64,000 nucleotides of DNA from Balneolales bacterium (GTDB lineage: Bacteria > Bacteroidota > Rhodothermia > Balneolales > HLUCCA01): the NCBI GenBank assembly GCA_041749075.1, contig JBGTBY010000031.1, positions 148,342 to 212,341 of the forward strand, written 5' to 3'. Both the position numbers and the translations under genes were made by a program. Under the pieces are notes generated by a model. That model was not told where the DNA came from, did not search any database, and saw nothing but the letters and a program-made list of their open reading frames with translations. Shown piece by piece: positions 29,146-38,303 of the stretch (within the stretch, counting starts at the first letter, position 1; each line of letters opens with the position of its first letter).

Positions 29146-30222
29146 ATGATCTCCCAAATCCTATCTCCGACCTTCGTCCTCGACGAAGCCCGCGCCCGCG
29201 CCAATATCCGCTTCATGGTTGAAAAGGCCGCTGCGCACAACCTCCGCCTTCGTCCCCATCTCAAAACGCCGCAATCGATCGATGTGGCCCGATGGTATCG
29301 GGATGTGGGCGTTACCTGCGTCACGGTGTCGTCAATCGACATGGCCGAGTACTTCGCCTCCGACGGCTGGACCGACATCACCCTCGCCATCCCTCTCAAT
29401 ATCCGCGAATGGCCACGGATCCAAGCCCTGGCCTCACGTATCCGGCTGAACCTTGTGGTGGATTCTGAAGTTGTGTTGAACCTGATTCCCGATTCCCGAT
29501 TCCCTATTTCTGTCTTCATCAAAATCGACGCGGGGTACCATCGAACCGGCATCCCCGCCAACAATCACGACCGAATCGCCGCCCTAGTAAACAAACTCAA
29601 CGCATCACCTGGCTTCGAGTTTACCGGCTTCATCACCCACGCCGGACACAGTTACGCCTGCCGATCCCATTCCGACATCCGTGCATTGCATGCGGAGCAA
29701 TTGCGCCAACTACTACCCCTTAAACAGTTCGGCGGCATTCTTTCCATCGGCGATACGCCGACTCTCACGGTTTCCGAACATTTTGACGGCATCGATGAGA
29801 TCCGACCCGGGAATTTCATCTTCTACGACATGAAGATGGTTCAGATTTCGGCATGTACTCCTGAGAAGATTGCGGTTTGCATGGTAGTGCCGGTCATCAG
29901 CACCCATCCCGATCGAAATGAAGTCATCATCAACGCCGGCTCCGTCCATTTCTCAAAAGATTCTTTTGTGGATGATGCCGGACAGCAACGCTTCGGGCAG
30001 GTGGTCCAACTGACCGACTCTGGTTGGGGTGAAGTGGTTGATGGCGCCCATGTCCGTAGTCTATGTCAAGAACATGGATTTGTGACGGGTCCGCCGGAGT
30101 ACATCAGATCGATCAAAATCGGCGATTTGGTCGGTGTGCTTCCTATCCATTCCTGCCTCACCGCAGATTGCATGGGCGAATTTTTGACCACGGCCGGTAA
30201 CAGGCTCGTAATGATGAAGTAA
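29146..30222 (+). CDS. D-TA family PLP enzyme (alanine-racemase N-terminal fold; D-threonine aldolase / D-serine dehydratase-like)
   Basis: RPHLKTPQS (PLP lysine context). The track start at 29107 lies inside repeat element G (ATGTGTGTCCGCAAG), so the start is moved to MISQILSPTFVLDE. Confidence 0.75.
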   Translation: MISQILSPTFVLDEARARANIRFMVEKAAAHNLRLRPHLKTPQSIDVARWYRDVGVTCVTVSSIDMAEYFASDGWTDITLAIPLNIREWPRIQALASRIRLNLVVDSEVVLNLIPDSRFPISVFIKIDAGYHRTGIPANNHDRIAALVNKLNASPGFEFTGFITHAGHSYACRSHSDIRALHAEQLRQLLPLKQFGGILSIGDTPTLTVSEHFDGIDEIRPGNFIFYDMKMVQISACTPEKIAVCMVVPVISTHPDRNEVIINAGSVHFSKDSFVDDAGQQRFGQVVQLTDSGWGEVVDGAHVRSLCQEHGFVTGPPEYIRSIKIGDLVGVLPIHSCLTADCMGEFLTTAGNRLVMMK

Positions 30223-30280
30223 CGGTTTAATAACACACGACGGGTAGCTTTTGGCATCTTAGATTCCTAAACAAAACCCA

Positions 30281-33064
30281 TTGTGTATGTCACGTCACTT
30301 AAATCATCTGATCATCTATATACTAGTCTTGAGTTTCGGCGCAACCACTGCCATTGCTCAACAAAACGGAGCCATCAAGGGAAGAATCGTCGATTCCGAC
30401 GGTCTTCCGATGCCAGGCGCCAGCATCCGTATCACCGAACTTCCAAATCTTGGCACATCCAGTGATGTGAATGGTCAATACAACCTGCTGTCTATCGCAT
30501 CGGGTTCGTACACACTCACCGTTTCGTATATCGGATACACCACGGTCAGCATGCCGGTCTCGGTTGTGGCCGGCGTGACGACCACTCAAGATTTCCAGCT
30601 CACTGAAGGGGCTACCATCGGTGAAGAAATACTCGTACTTGGGGATGGTTTGCGTGGCCAAGCCCGTGCGTTGAACCAACAGCGCAATAACATGAACATC
30701 ACGAATGTGGTGTCATCCGACCAAGCCGGTCGTTTTCCGGATGCCAACATCGGCGATGCCCTGAAACGGATTTCAGGTATCACAATTCAAAACGACCAAG
30801 GGGAAGCGCGCAACATCATTATCCGTGGGATGGCACCACAACTGAACTCGGTGACCATCAACGGCGAACGGATCCCATCCGCCGAAGGCGACAACCGGAA
30901 CATTCAATTGGATCTGATCCCTACCGATATGATCCAATCGATTGAAGTGAACAAAGCGGTAACGCCGGATATGGAAGCGGATGCGATCGGTGGTTCTGTC
31001 AATTTGGTGACACGTTCGTCACCCAATGAGTTCCGTCTATCCGGAACAGCCGCCAGCGGATTGAACCTACTCAGCAATCGTCCAATCTGGACCGGTGGTC
31101 TCGTCATCGGTGACCGTTTTCTCGATGGAAAACTTGGCGCCGTACTATCCGCTTCTTACAACTATCATGATTTTGGATCCGATAACGTGGAAGCTGAATG
31201 GTACAAAAGTGATACAGATCAGGTTACCCTTGACGAGTTCGACATTCGGAAATACTTGGTCCGTCGTGAGCGCAAAAGCACCTCGCTTTCGTTGGATTAT
31301 CGTCTTAACGACGAGAACATCCTCTATTTGAATGGCATGTACAACTGGCGCGACGACTGGGAGAACCGCTATCGTATGCGCGTTAGCCAGATTGGTCGCA
31401 CGTTCGATAACGGAACGGCTGTTTCGACTGGAAACAACGTATGGAATCTCCCCGCTCGTGTTCAATTCCAAACCAAAGGCGGTATCGACGATGATCGCAC
31501 GAAAATGCGCCGTCTCGAAGATCAGCGCAATCGAAACCTCTCGTTGGGCGGAAATCACCTGCTTGGTAGCTTGAGGGCTGATTGGTCTATCAGCTACGCC
31601 AAATCCTCCGAAGAGCGCCCGAATGAGCGCTACATTGCCTTCCGTCGCGGTGGACGTGCAACCACACTCAATTTGAGCGATACCCGTAAGCCAATCATTG
31701 GCCTGGTGAACCCAGACGATGCCCTTGCCTTTGGCCTGAATGATCTATCCCAATCGCAAGAGAAAACCTTTGATGAAGACAAAAATGCGCGTATCGACTT
31801 CATCTTTCCATATAGTGAGGATGGGTTGGTCAAGTTCGGTGGTCGTGCGCGACTCAAACACAAAGAAGTGGACAACAACTACACCGTCTACGAGCCGATC
31901 GATGGAACGATGATGCCGAATATGGGATCGGTGCCGCTCTCCGATCAGACCGATAGTGGCTTCCTCGCCGGCTCCCAATACGCTGCGGGTCGTTTTCCAA
32001 CGGCCGGATATTTGGGTGGTTTGGATTTGACCAATCCAGCCTTGTTTGATTCGGAAGACGCGCTTGAAGAGTATATCACAAGCAACTACGAAGCCGATGA
32101 ATCTGTCTATGCCGGTTACGTCATGGCCGACCACCGCGTGAACGATCAACTTTCCGTATTGGCCGGTGTTCGTTTGGAATACACATCGATGGATTACATC
32201 GGTAACCTATTCGATATCGACAATGAAACGGTGACCAAAGCACCGGGCTCCAACTCTTATCTGAACGTGCTCCCAGGCGTGCATGTGCGCTATGCACTTG
32301 AAGAGAACACGATCTTCCGTTTCGCATGGACGAACACCATCGCCCGTCCGAATTACTTCGATCTCGTACCTTATGCCGAATACGTGGCTGAAGATGCCGA
32401 GCTAACACGTGGAAATCCGAACCTGAAAGCCACAACGGCGATGAACTTCGACTTGATGGCCGAGCATTACTTCAGCAATGTCGGTATGGTATCCGCCGGA
32501 TTGTTCTACAAAGATGTGAACAATTTCATCTACTCCCAGACCCGTGCGAACTACACAGATCCGGTGTTTGGTCCAGGTTTGGAGTTCACCACTGCTGCGA
32601 ACGGTGGAACTGCGGATGTGTACGGATTGGAGATCGCATTCCAACGCCAAATCTGGAAAGGACTTGGACTCTACGCGAATTATACCCGCACCGAGTCGAC
32701 TACCACCGGCGTTGAAGGCCGTGAGAATGAGGATCTTGGCCTGCCAGGAACCGCAAAAAACATGCTGAATACCTCGCTTTCCTACGAGACACAGAAACTC
32801 AATCTTCGTGTTTCGATGAACTACGCAAGCGATTACGTGGATGAATTAGGTGGCGAGGCGTTCGAAGACCGTTACTACGACAAACAGACATTCATCGATG
32901 TCAATGGTTCCTACAAATTCACAAGTCGTATCCGCTTGTTCGCAGAGGTCAACAACCTCACCAACCAGCCGTTGCGCTACTACCAAGGGGTATCTAGCCG
33001 CACGATGCAAGTTGAATACTACAATGTCCGCTTCAACGTCGGTATCAAAGCCGATCTGTTCTAA
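30281..33064 (+). CDS. TonB-dependent receptor with CarboxypepD_reg-like N-domain
   Basis: GAIKGRIVDSDGLPMPGASIRI (CarboxypepD_reg-like). Plug motif ARNIIIRGMAPQLNSVTINGERIPS. C-terminal FNVGIKADLF. Confidence 0.9.
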   Translation: MCMSRHLNHLIIYILVLSFGATTAIAQQNGAIKGRIVDSDGLPMPGASIRITELPNLGTSSDVNGQYNLLSIASGSYTLTVSYIGYTTVSMPVSVVAGVTTTQDFQLTEGATIGEEILVLGDGLRGQARALNQQRNNMNITNVVSSDQAGRFPDANIGDALKRISGITIQNDQGEARNIIIRGMAPQLNSVTINGERIPSAEGDNRNIQLDLIPTDMIQSIEVNKAVTPDMEADAIGGSVNLVTRSSPNEFRLSGTAASGLNLLSNRPIWTGGLVIGDRFLDGKLGAVLSASYNYHDFGSDNVEAEWYKSDTDQVTLDEFDIRKYLVRRERKSTSLSLDYRLNDENILYLNGMYNWRDDWENRYRMRVSQIGRTFDNGTAVSTGNNVWNLPARVQFQTKGGIDDDRTKMRRLEDQRNRNLSLGGNHLLGSLRADWSISYAKSSEERPNERYIAFRRGGRATTLNLSDTRKPIIGLVNPDDALAFGLNDLSQSQEKTFDEDKNARIDFIFPYSEDGLVKFGGRARLKHKEVDNNYTVYEPIDGTMMPNMGSVPLSDQTDSGFLAGSQYAAGRFPTAGYLGGLDLTNPALFDSEDALEEYITSNYEADESVYAGYVMADHRVNDQLSVLAGVRLEYTSMDYIGNLFDIDNETVTKAPGSNSYLNVLPGVHVRYALEENTIFRFAWTNTIARPNYFDLVPYAEYVAEDAELTRGNPNLKATTAMNFDLMAEHYFSNVGMVSAGLFYKDVNNFIYSQTRANYTDPVFGPGLEFTTAANGGTADVYGLEIAFQRQIWKGLGLYANYTRTESTTTGVEGRENEDLGLPGTAKNMLNTSLSYETQKLNLRVSMNYASDYVDELGGEAFEDRYYDKQTFIDVNGSYKFTSRIRLFAEVNNLTNQPLRYYQGVSSRTMQVEYYNVRFNVGIKADLF

Positions 33065-33065
33065 A

Positions 33066-33665
33066 TTGACCACTAAGCAAGATTACCCGCTTCATCCGAC
33101 CGGATGGGGCGGGGTTTTATTTCTGTTGATGATCGGATGCCGTCCTGAACCCGCTCCGAATCCTCTAAGCTATCCTACGTACGCTTCGCCGGATTCATCC
33201 ACGGTAAACGTCGTCATCGAAATCCCAGCCGGTAGCAACGATAAGATCGAAATCAATAAAGTCTCTGGACTCTTCGAGATCGATCGCGTTCTCAACTTCC
33301 TTCCCTACCCGGTCAATTACGGGTTCATTCCATCCACATTGGGCGGCGATGGAGACGCCTTGGATGTGCTCGTGCTCTCGAAACGGCTTGAAACGGGAAC
33401 CCGGATTATAGCCATTCCAATTGCTACGTTAAGCCTGATCGACAAGGGTGAGATGGACGACAAAGTGCTTCTTATCCCCGTCGATTCCACCCTTCGCGTG
33501 GTGCCCTGCGAAACCTGGGAATGTCTCCAGTCCGATTATCCGGCCATTGTGGACATCTTGGAAACGTGGTTCACGACATACAAACCTCTGGGTGTGATGG
33601 TATCGGGCGGATGGATCGGCCCCGACTCCACTCGTCAGTTGATCCGGAACGCGAACGTCGACTGA
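33066..33665 (+). CDS. ppa: Inorganic diphosphatase (family I) with possible lipoprotein signal
   Basis: VNVVIEIPAGSNDKIE...YPVNYGFIPSTLGGDGDALDVLVL. The in-frame upstream part of ORF 32850..33665 lies inside the TBDR gene. A start at TTG 33066 would give MTTKQDYPLHPTGWGGVLFLLMIGC (lipobox-like). The only ATG gives MIGC. Start is uncertain. Confidence 0.75.
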   Translation: MTTKQDYPLHPTGWGGVLFLLMIGCRPEPAPNPLSYPTYASPDSSTVNVVIEIPAGSNDKIEINKVSGLFEIDRVLNFLPYPVNYGFIPSTLGGDGDALDVLVLSKRLETGTRIIAIPIATLSLIDKGEMDDKVLLIPVDSTLRVVPCETWECLQSDYPAIVDILETWFTTYKPLGVMVSGGWIGPDSTRQLIRNANVD

Positions 33666-34927
33666 ATCGGACGTCCTTCTGTATTCAGAACAGCATTTCC
33701 CTCCAGATTGGATGCGGAAAAGCGGACGCTCAACGAATCAGCCCCATTGTCTTGAATTGAAATCCATCCATATTGCCCTTGCTCTCTGCTGTATCCATGA
33801 CTGTATGGACCGCCTTTATAGGATCCGCGCCGGTCTAACGGAGCGGCATGAAATACAGGGAAGCCTCCCTCGGCATTCGTCCCGTCGTCCATCGCCACCA
33901 TGTGCGCGTCTCCGGAAATCATGAACAATTGGATGTCATTTTCTAGGATGAAGTTGGCGATGCGGGTACGTTCCTCCGGATATCCACCCCAGTCATCGTC
34001 TTCGCCACATTCATAATTCGGTCCGCCAGGTGCATTGATCCACGGAATTCCGGAGACCCAAGCCACGACCTTGCCCTGTTGTTTCGACTCGATCAATTGA
34101 TCAAAGAACCATTGCAGATGCAACTCGCTACCGAAATTGGTCCCAGCGCTTGTCCGGATGCATGAATTATCGGGATCGTAGGTTGGACGCACTTTTTGCG
34201 AGCGCAAATCAGTCAGCACAAATCGGACTCGACCCGTATCGAAGGTTTGTGAGATGGGATCATCCACACCGCCAAATGCGGTTGGATAATGCGGAATGTA
34301 GTTCCGATAGGTGGAGATGGCCACGCGTTTGCATGGAGCATTTCCGGCACTGTTGTTCGGACCAAAATCATGGTCGTCCCACATATAGGAAAATGGTGCG
34401 GCTCGAAACAAAGCGCTTTGTGTCGATGACCTTGCGACTTGCCCGATATGATCGGCGAACGCCGCTTCGCAATCGCTCTCGATATCGCCATAATGCAAAT
34501 CTCCCGTCTGCAGATAAAAGAGTGGTTCGCGTAGAGCCATTTGCTCAAACAGCGGACTCTCAGATCCGGTCGCCGCACAACTTCCGACGGCCACGTCAAA
34601 TGAAAAGGGTCCCTGGCTGAAGGTTGTCGCACGACCCGTAACACCATTCACCTTCCACAAATACGTTGTGGATGCATCAAGGCTTGTAATATCCACTCGG
34701 ATGGGAGTCAGCGAGTCACCCGATTCGATGCGACGATTAAAGACAATGTCAGACCCTTGTAGGATCTCGACATCAAATCGTCCTGCGGACTCAGGCATGA
34801 ACACCACGGAAAATGATGAATCGGTGATGGCGCCTGACCATGCGAAATCCACCTGACCTGGTTCGGTCGTTTCACATGCAACCAATAAGAAAAGAAAAGC
34901 CGGCAGGATGAGGGATGTTCGCATCAT
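33635..34927 (-). CDS. phoD: PhoD-like alkaline phosphatase / metallophosphoesterase lipoprotein
   Basis: MMRTSLILPAFLFLLVAC lipobox. Motifs GDLHYGD, WDDHDFGPNN and SGDAHM. Confidence 0.8.
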   Translation of the reverse strand: MMRTSLILPAFLFLLVACETTEPGQVDFAWSGAITDSSFSVVFMPESAGRFDVEILQGSDIVFNRRIESGDSLTPIRVDITSLDASTTYLWKVNGVTGRATTFSQGPFSFDVAVGSCAATGSESPLFEQMALREPLFYLQTGDLHYGDIESDCEAAFADHIGQVARSSTQSALFRAAPFSYMWDDHDFGPNNSAGNAPCKRVAISTYRNYIPHYPTAFGGVDDPISQTFDTGRVRFVLTDLRSQKVRPTYDPDNSCIRTSAGTNFGSELHLQWFFDQLIESKQQGKVVAWVSGIPWINAPGGPNYECGEDDDWGGYPEERTRIANFILENDIQLFMISGDAHMVAMDDGTNAEGGFPVFHAAPLDRRGSYKGGPYSHGYSREQGQYGWISIQDNGADSLSVRFSASNLEGNAVLNTEGRPIQSTFAFRIN

Positions 34928-35946
34928 TGCGCTCCGACAATATCTTCCGCTTTATAAAAGTGAAAGGTTTTGTCGTCGGACATCGCAACAAACAATCCGT
35001 TCGGAAATTGGTCATTCAATGCCACATTCGTGATGTCGTTGCCATCGCTTTCCAAAGCCAGCACATCTACCGAACGCACATAGTCATTATTCCCTTCACG
35101 TGTATACATGTTGAAACGGCGACCTTGCTGATCGGAAAGGAGTAGAAAACCGCTGCCATCCTGGCGTTTCCAAATGGACAATCCTTCGTGGTCGCGCTTG
35201 ACGTTCTCAGTTGCGAATAAAGAAATCTGAGTATCGCTGCTGTCAGGGTGCGCATGGTATTTGCGAACACCCACCGTTTCATCCGAGAAATAAACAAAAC
35301 CGAGTTCATTATCGACCGCGATGGCCTCGATCTCTTTCTTGCCAGAATACATGCCGAATGTTCTCACAAGAGTTCCTGACACCGTGCTGTCTCCAGCATC
35401 CGACAACAGATATTGCCATAAGTATCCTCCGGTGGTAGGACCCGATTTTCGTCCGACAATGGCAGAAATCTGTTTAGAGGTAGGATCCGTGTACAAAGCG
35501 ATTCCCATCGGATCGCGCTCGGTTTCTCCCTCAAATACCGGGATGCCGCCATTGTCAATCGGCCGCATGTCAGGGAGTGTAAATAGTCGGATGGAGTTCT
35601 CACGGCGTACGGTTACCACGGCGATGTCCACGGTATCCGCCCCGAGAACCAATCCATAGGCGATGTCGACATTGTTCGGACGATTAAGTCCGATCACACT
35701 ACGCTCGCGATCAATGGTTCCATCCAGCCGGAACACATACAATCCGCCTTGGTCCGTATCTCCGCCTTTGTCGGTGCCGATCACCAAACTTTGAGAAGGA
35801 TCGGTCGGATGGATCCAGATCGCCGGATCATCCGTGTCGTGAAGTACGGCTTCTGTGATGATGGTTGGTTGTACGCGTGGGACATCCGAGCAGGACATCA
35901 ATACGGCCACGGCCATAATGGACAGAGTAGGTTGGTGCAATTTCAT
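34924..35946 (-). CDS. Beta-propeller phytase (3-phytase) lipoprotein
   Basis: AVLMSC lipobox-like. DTDDPAIWIHPTDPSQSLVIGTDK is typical of BPP phytases. Confidence 0.8.
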   Translation of the reverse strand: MKLHQPTLSIMAVAVLMSCSDVPRVQPTIITEAVLHDTDDPAIWIHPTDPSQSLVIGTDKGGDTDQGGLYVFRLDGTIDRERSVIGLNRPNNVDIAYGLVLGADTVDIAVVTVRRENSIRLFTLPDMRPIDNGGIPVFEGETERDPMGIALYTDPTSKQISAIVGRKSGPTTGGYLWQYLLSDAGDSTVSGTLVRTFGMYSGKKEIEAIAVDNELGFVYFSDETVGVRKYHAHPDSSDTQISLFATENVKRDHEGLSIWKRQDGSGFLLLSDQQGRRFNMYTREGNNDYVRSVDVLALESDGNDITNVALNDQFPNGLFVAMSDDKTFHFYKAEDIVGAQ

Positions 35947-36010
35947 ATCGAATGATAAAGAAATCGTGTAAAGACAGTGTTAACGGAAGGATTCCTATCT
36001 TCATCCCAAC

Positions 36011-37072
36011 ATGTTAGTGGTGATCAAAATCGGTTCGAACGTGCTGACGGGCTCAGACACGTTTCTTGACGAAACACGCATCGCGTCGTTAGTCTCCCAA
36101 TTCGCAACTTTGCGTGCGAAAGGTCATGCCCTTGTGCTGATCTCGTCCGGCGCCGTGGCCTCGGGCCGATCACTCGTTTCGCTCAGCGACAAAACCGATA
36201 TCGTCTCACGTCGCCAAGTTTTGGCTTCGGTCGGACAGCCGATGTTGATCGGGACCTACGCCCGACTCTTCAACGAATCCGGACTCACAATCGCTCAGGT
36301 TCTCGTCACGAAAGAAGATTTCCGCGACCGGCAGCACTACCTGAACATGGAGAACTGTCTGCACACATTGCTGAACAATGGCATTGTGCCCATCATCAAC
36401 GAGAACGACGTTATTTCGGTGACGGAACTGATGTTCACCGATAATGATGAACTCGCCGGACTCGTCGCATCCATGCTCAACGCTCAATTGGTGATGTTAT
36501 TGACCAATGTGGATGGATTGTATGATGGGCATCCAGATGATCCAGACAGCAAGCGTATCACCGATATATCGGTGAACGATACTCAAATCCTGAAAGGAAT
36601 CACCGCAACGAAATCGAGTTTCGGTCGTGGCGGGATGCTCACGAAAAGTCATATCGCCCGGAAAATGGCCTCACTCGGAATTCCCGTCCATATCGCAAAT
36701 GGGACCAAAGACGGCATCGTGATGGACGTCCTGAACGGGGCGGACGTAGGAACTCGGTTCGTGCCCAAGCGCGTGGCGTCGCGTCAGAAAAAGTGGATTG
36801 CTCACGCGGATGGAGCCGTGAAAGGAGAAATCCGGATTGATGAGGGAGCCCGGAACGCGTTGGCAGGGGATAAGCCCGTCAGTCTGCTGCCGGTGGGTGT
36901 CACTCATGTGGGGGGTGTGTTTCGCGCGGGGGAGGTGATCCGGATTTTGGATTCCAAAGGGAAAGCCATCGGCCTGGGGAAGGCCCAATATCATTCCGAA
37001 AAAGCGGACGAACTCAAAGGACAAAAGAATCAGAAACCATTGGTGCACTATGACTACCTCTTCCTTTTCTGA
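36011..37072 (+). CDS. proB: Glutamate 5-kinase (with PUA domain)
   Basis: VVIKIGSNVLT, INENDVISV, and C-terminal PUA-like IRIDEGARNAL. Confidence 0.95.
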   Translation: MLVVIKIGSNVLTGSDTFLDETRIASLVSQFATLRAKGHALVLISSGAVASGRSLVSLSDKTDIVSRRQVLASVGQPMLIGTYARLFNESGLTIAQVLVTKEDFRDRQHYLNMENCLHTLLNNGIVPIINENDVISVTELMFTDNDELAGLVASMLNAQLVMLLTNVDGLYDGHPDDPDSKRITDISVNDTQILKGITATKSSFGRGGMLTKSHIARKMASLGIPVHIANGTKDGIVMDVLNGADVGTRFVPKRVASRQKKWIAHADGAVKGEIRIDEGARNALAGDKPVSLLPVGVTHVGGVFRAGEVIRILDSKGKAIGLGKAQYHSEKADELKGQKNQKPLVHYDYLFLF

Positions 37073-38303
37073 GATGTTCGCTCGTGCGAAATCCGCAACT
37101 CGTTCCATGGCCGGATTAAGCGATGATACCATCCGCATCATCCTGAATGACATTGCGGATGCGATCCTTGCGGATGTCGAGACTATCCTTACTGAAAATC
37201 AGAAGGATGTGGAACGAATGGATTCATCCGACCCCAAACTCGACCGTCTTCGCCTGACTGCAGATCGACTGAATTCCATAGCGAATGATGTACGTCGTGT
37301 TGCCGAGCTTCCATCCCCATTGCATATCACATTAGAAGAAAAGTCCGTCCCAAGCGGATTGCATCTCATTCGGAAATCCGTGCCACTAGGAGTCGTCGGA
37401 ATGGTGTATGAGTCTAGACCCAATGTGACGATCGATGTCGCCGCATTGTGCCTGAAATCAGGAAATGTGGCCGTGCTCAAAGGCGGGAGTGATGCTTCAT
37501 TCTCCAACGCCGCGCTTGTGAATTCTGTGCATCAGGTATTGGCGACGCATGGACTCGACCCATCCGTGATCACCCTGCTTCCTCCCACACGCGAAGCCAC
37601 CCAAGCCTTATTCCAAGCGGTCGGATTCGTGGATATCCTGATCCCACGCGGAAGCCAAGCGCTGATCGATGCCGTGCGACGTGAGTCCCGCGTACCGGTG
37701 ATCGAGACCGGCGCCGGCATCGTGCACACCTACGTGGATTCAAGCTCCGATATCGTAAAATCGTCCGCCGTCATCGCCAATGCGAAGACACGACGTGTGA
37801 GCGTGTGCAATGCGCTAGACTGCTTGCTTGTGCATACAAACATTCGTGCTGCATTACCGGATTTAGTAGCGCCACTCGCATCCTCCAATGTCATCATCTA
37901 TGCGGATTCCGAATCGTACGACATCCTTCGTGGCCATTATCCCGAGTCGTTGCTGCAATCTGCCGAGCCGGAACATTTCGGAACGGAGTTCTTGGATTAC
38001 AAGCTGGCAGTGAAGATCGTGTCTGGGATGGATGAGGCGCTCGATCACATCCGCACCCATAGTTCGGGTCATTCGGAAGCGATTCTCACAGAAGATTCTG
38101 CGAATGCCCGGCGTTTTCTAAACGAAATAGACGCAGCCGCGGTGTATGTGAACGCCTCAACCGCATTCACAGATGGTGGCGAGTTTGGGATGGGTGCCGA
38201 AATCGGCATATCCACTCAGAAATTGCATGCCCGCGGACCGATGGGCCTTGCCGCGCTCACATCCTCCAAATGGATCGTGACCGGCGATTATTCAGTGCGC
38301 TGA
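37050..38303 (+). CDS. proA: Glutamate-5-semialdehyde dehydrogenase
   Basis: VIETGAGIVHTYVD, CNALDCLLVH and NASTAFTDGGEFGMGAEIGIS. Overlaps the proB end by 23 nt. Confidence 0.95.
   Translation: MTTSSFSEMFARAKSATRSMAGLSDDTIRIILNDIADAILADVETILTENQKDVERMDSSDPKLDRLRLTADRLNSIANDVRRVAELPSPLHITLEEKSVPSGLHLIRKSVPLGVVGMVYESRPNVTIDVAALCLKSGNVAVLKGGSDASFSNAALVNSVHQVLATHGLDPSVITLLPPTREATQALFQAVGFVDILIPRGSQALIDAVRRESRVPVIETGAGIVHTYVDSSSDIVKSSAVIANAKTRRVSVCNALDCLLVHTNIRAALPDLVAPLASSNVIIYADSESYDILRGHYPESLLQSAEPEHFGTEFLDYKLAVKIVSGMDEALDHIRTHSSGHSEAILTEDSANARRFLNEIDAAAVYVNASTAFTDGGEFGMGAEIGISTQKLHARGPMGLAALTSSKWIVTGDYSVR

Noticed and set aside
32850-33065. The first 72 codons of ORF 32850..33665
   Set aside because: They lie inside the TBDR gene in another frame. 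The PPase homology begins only after the TBDR stop.
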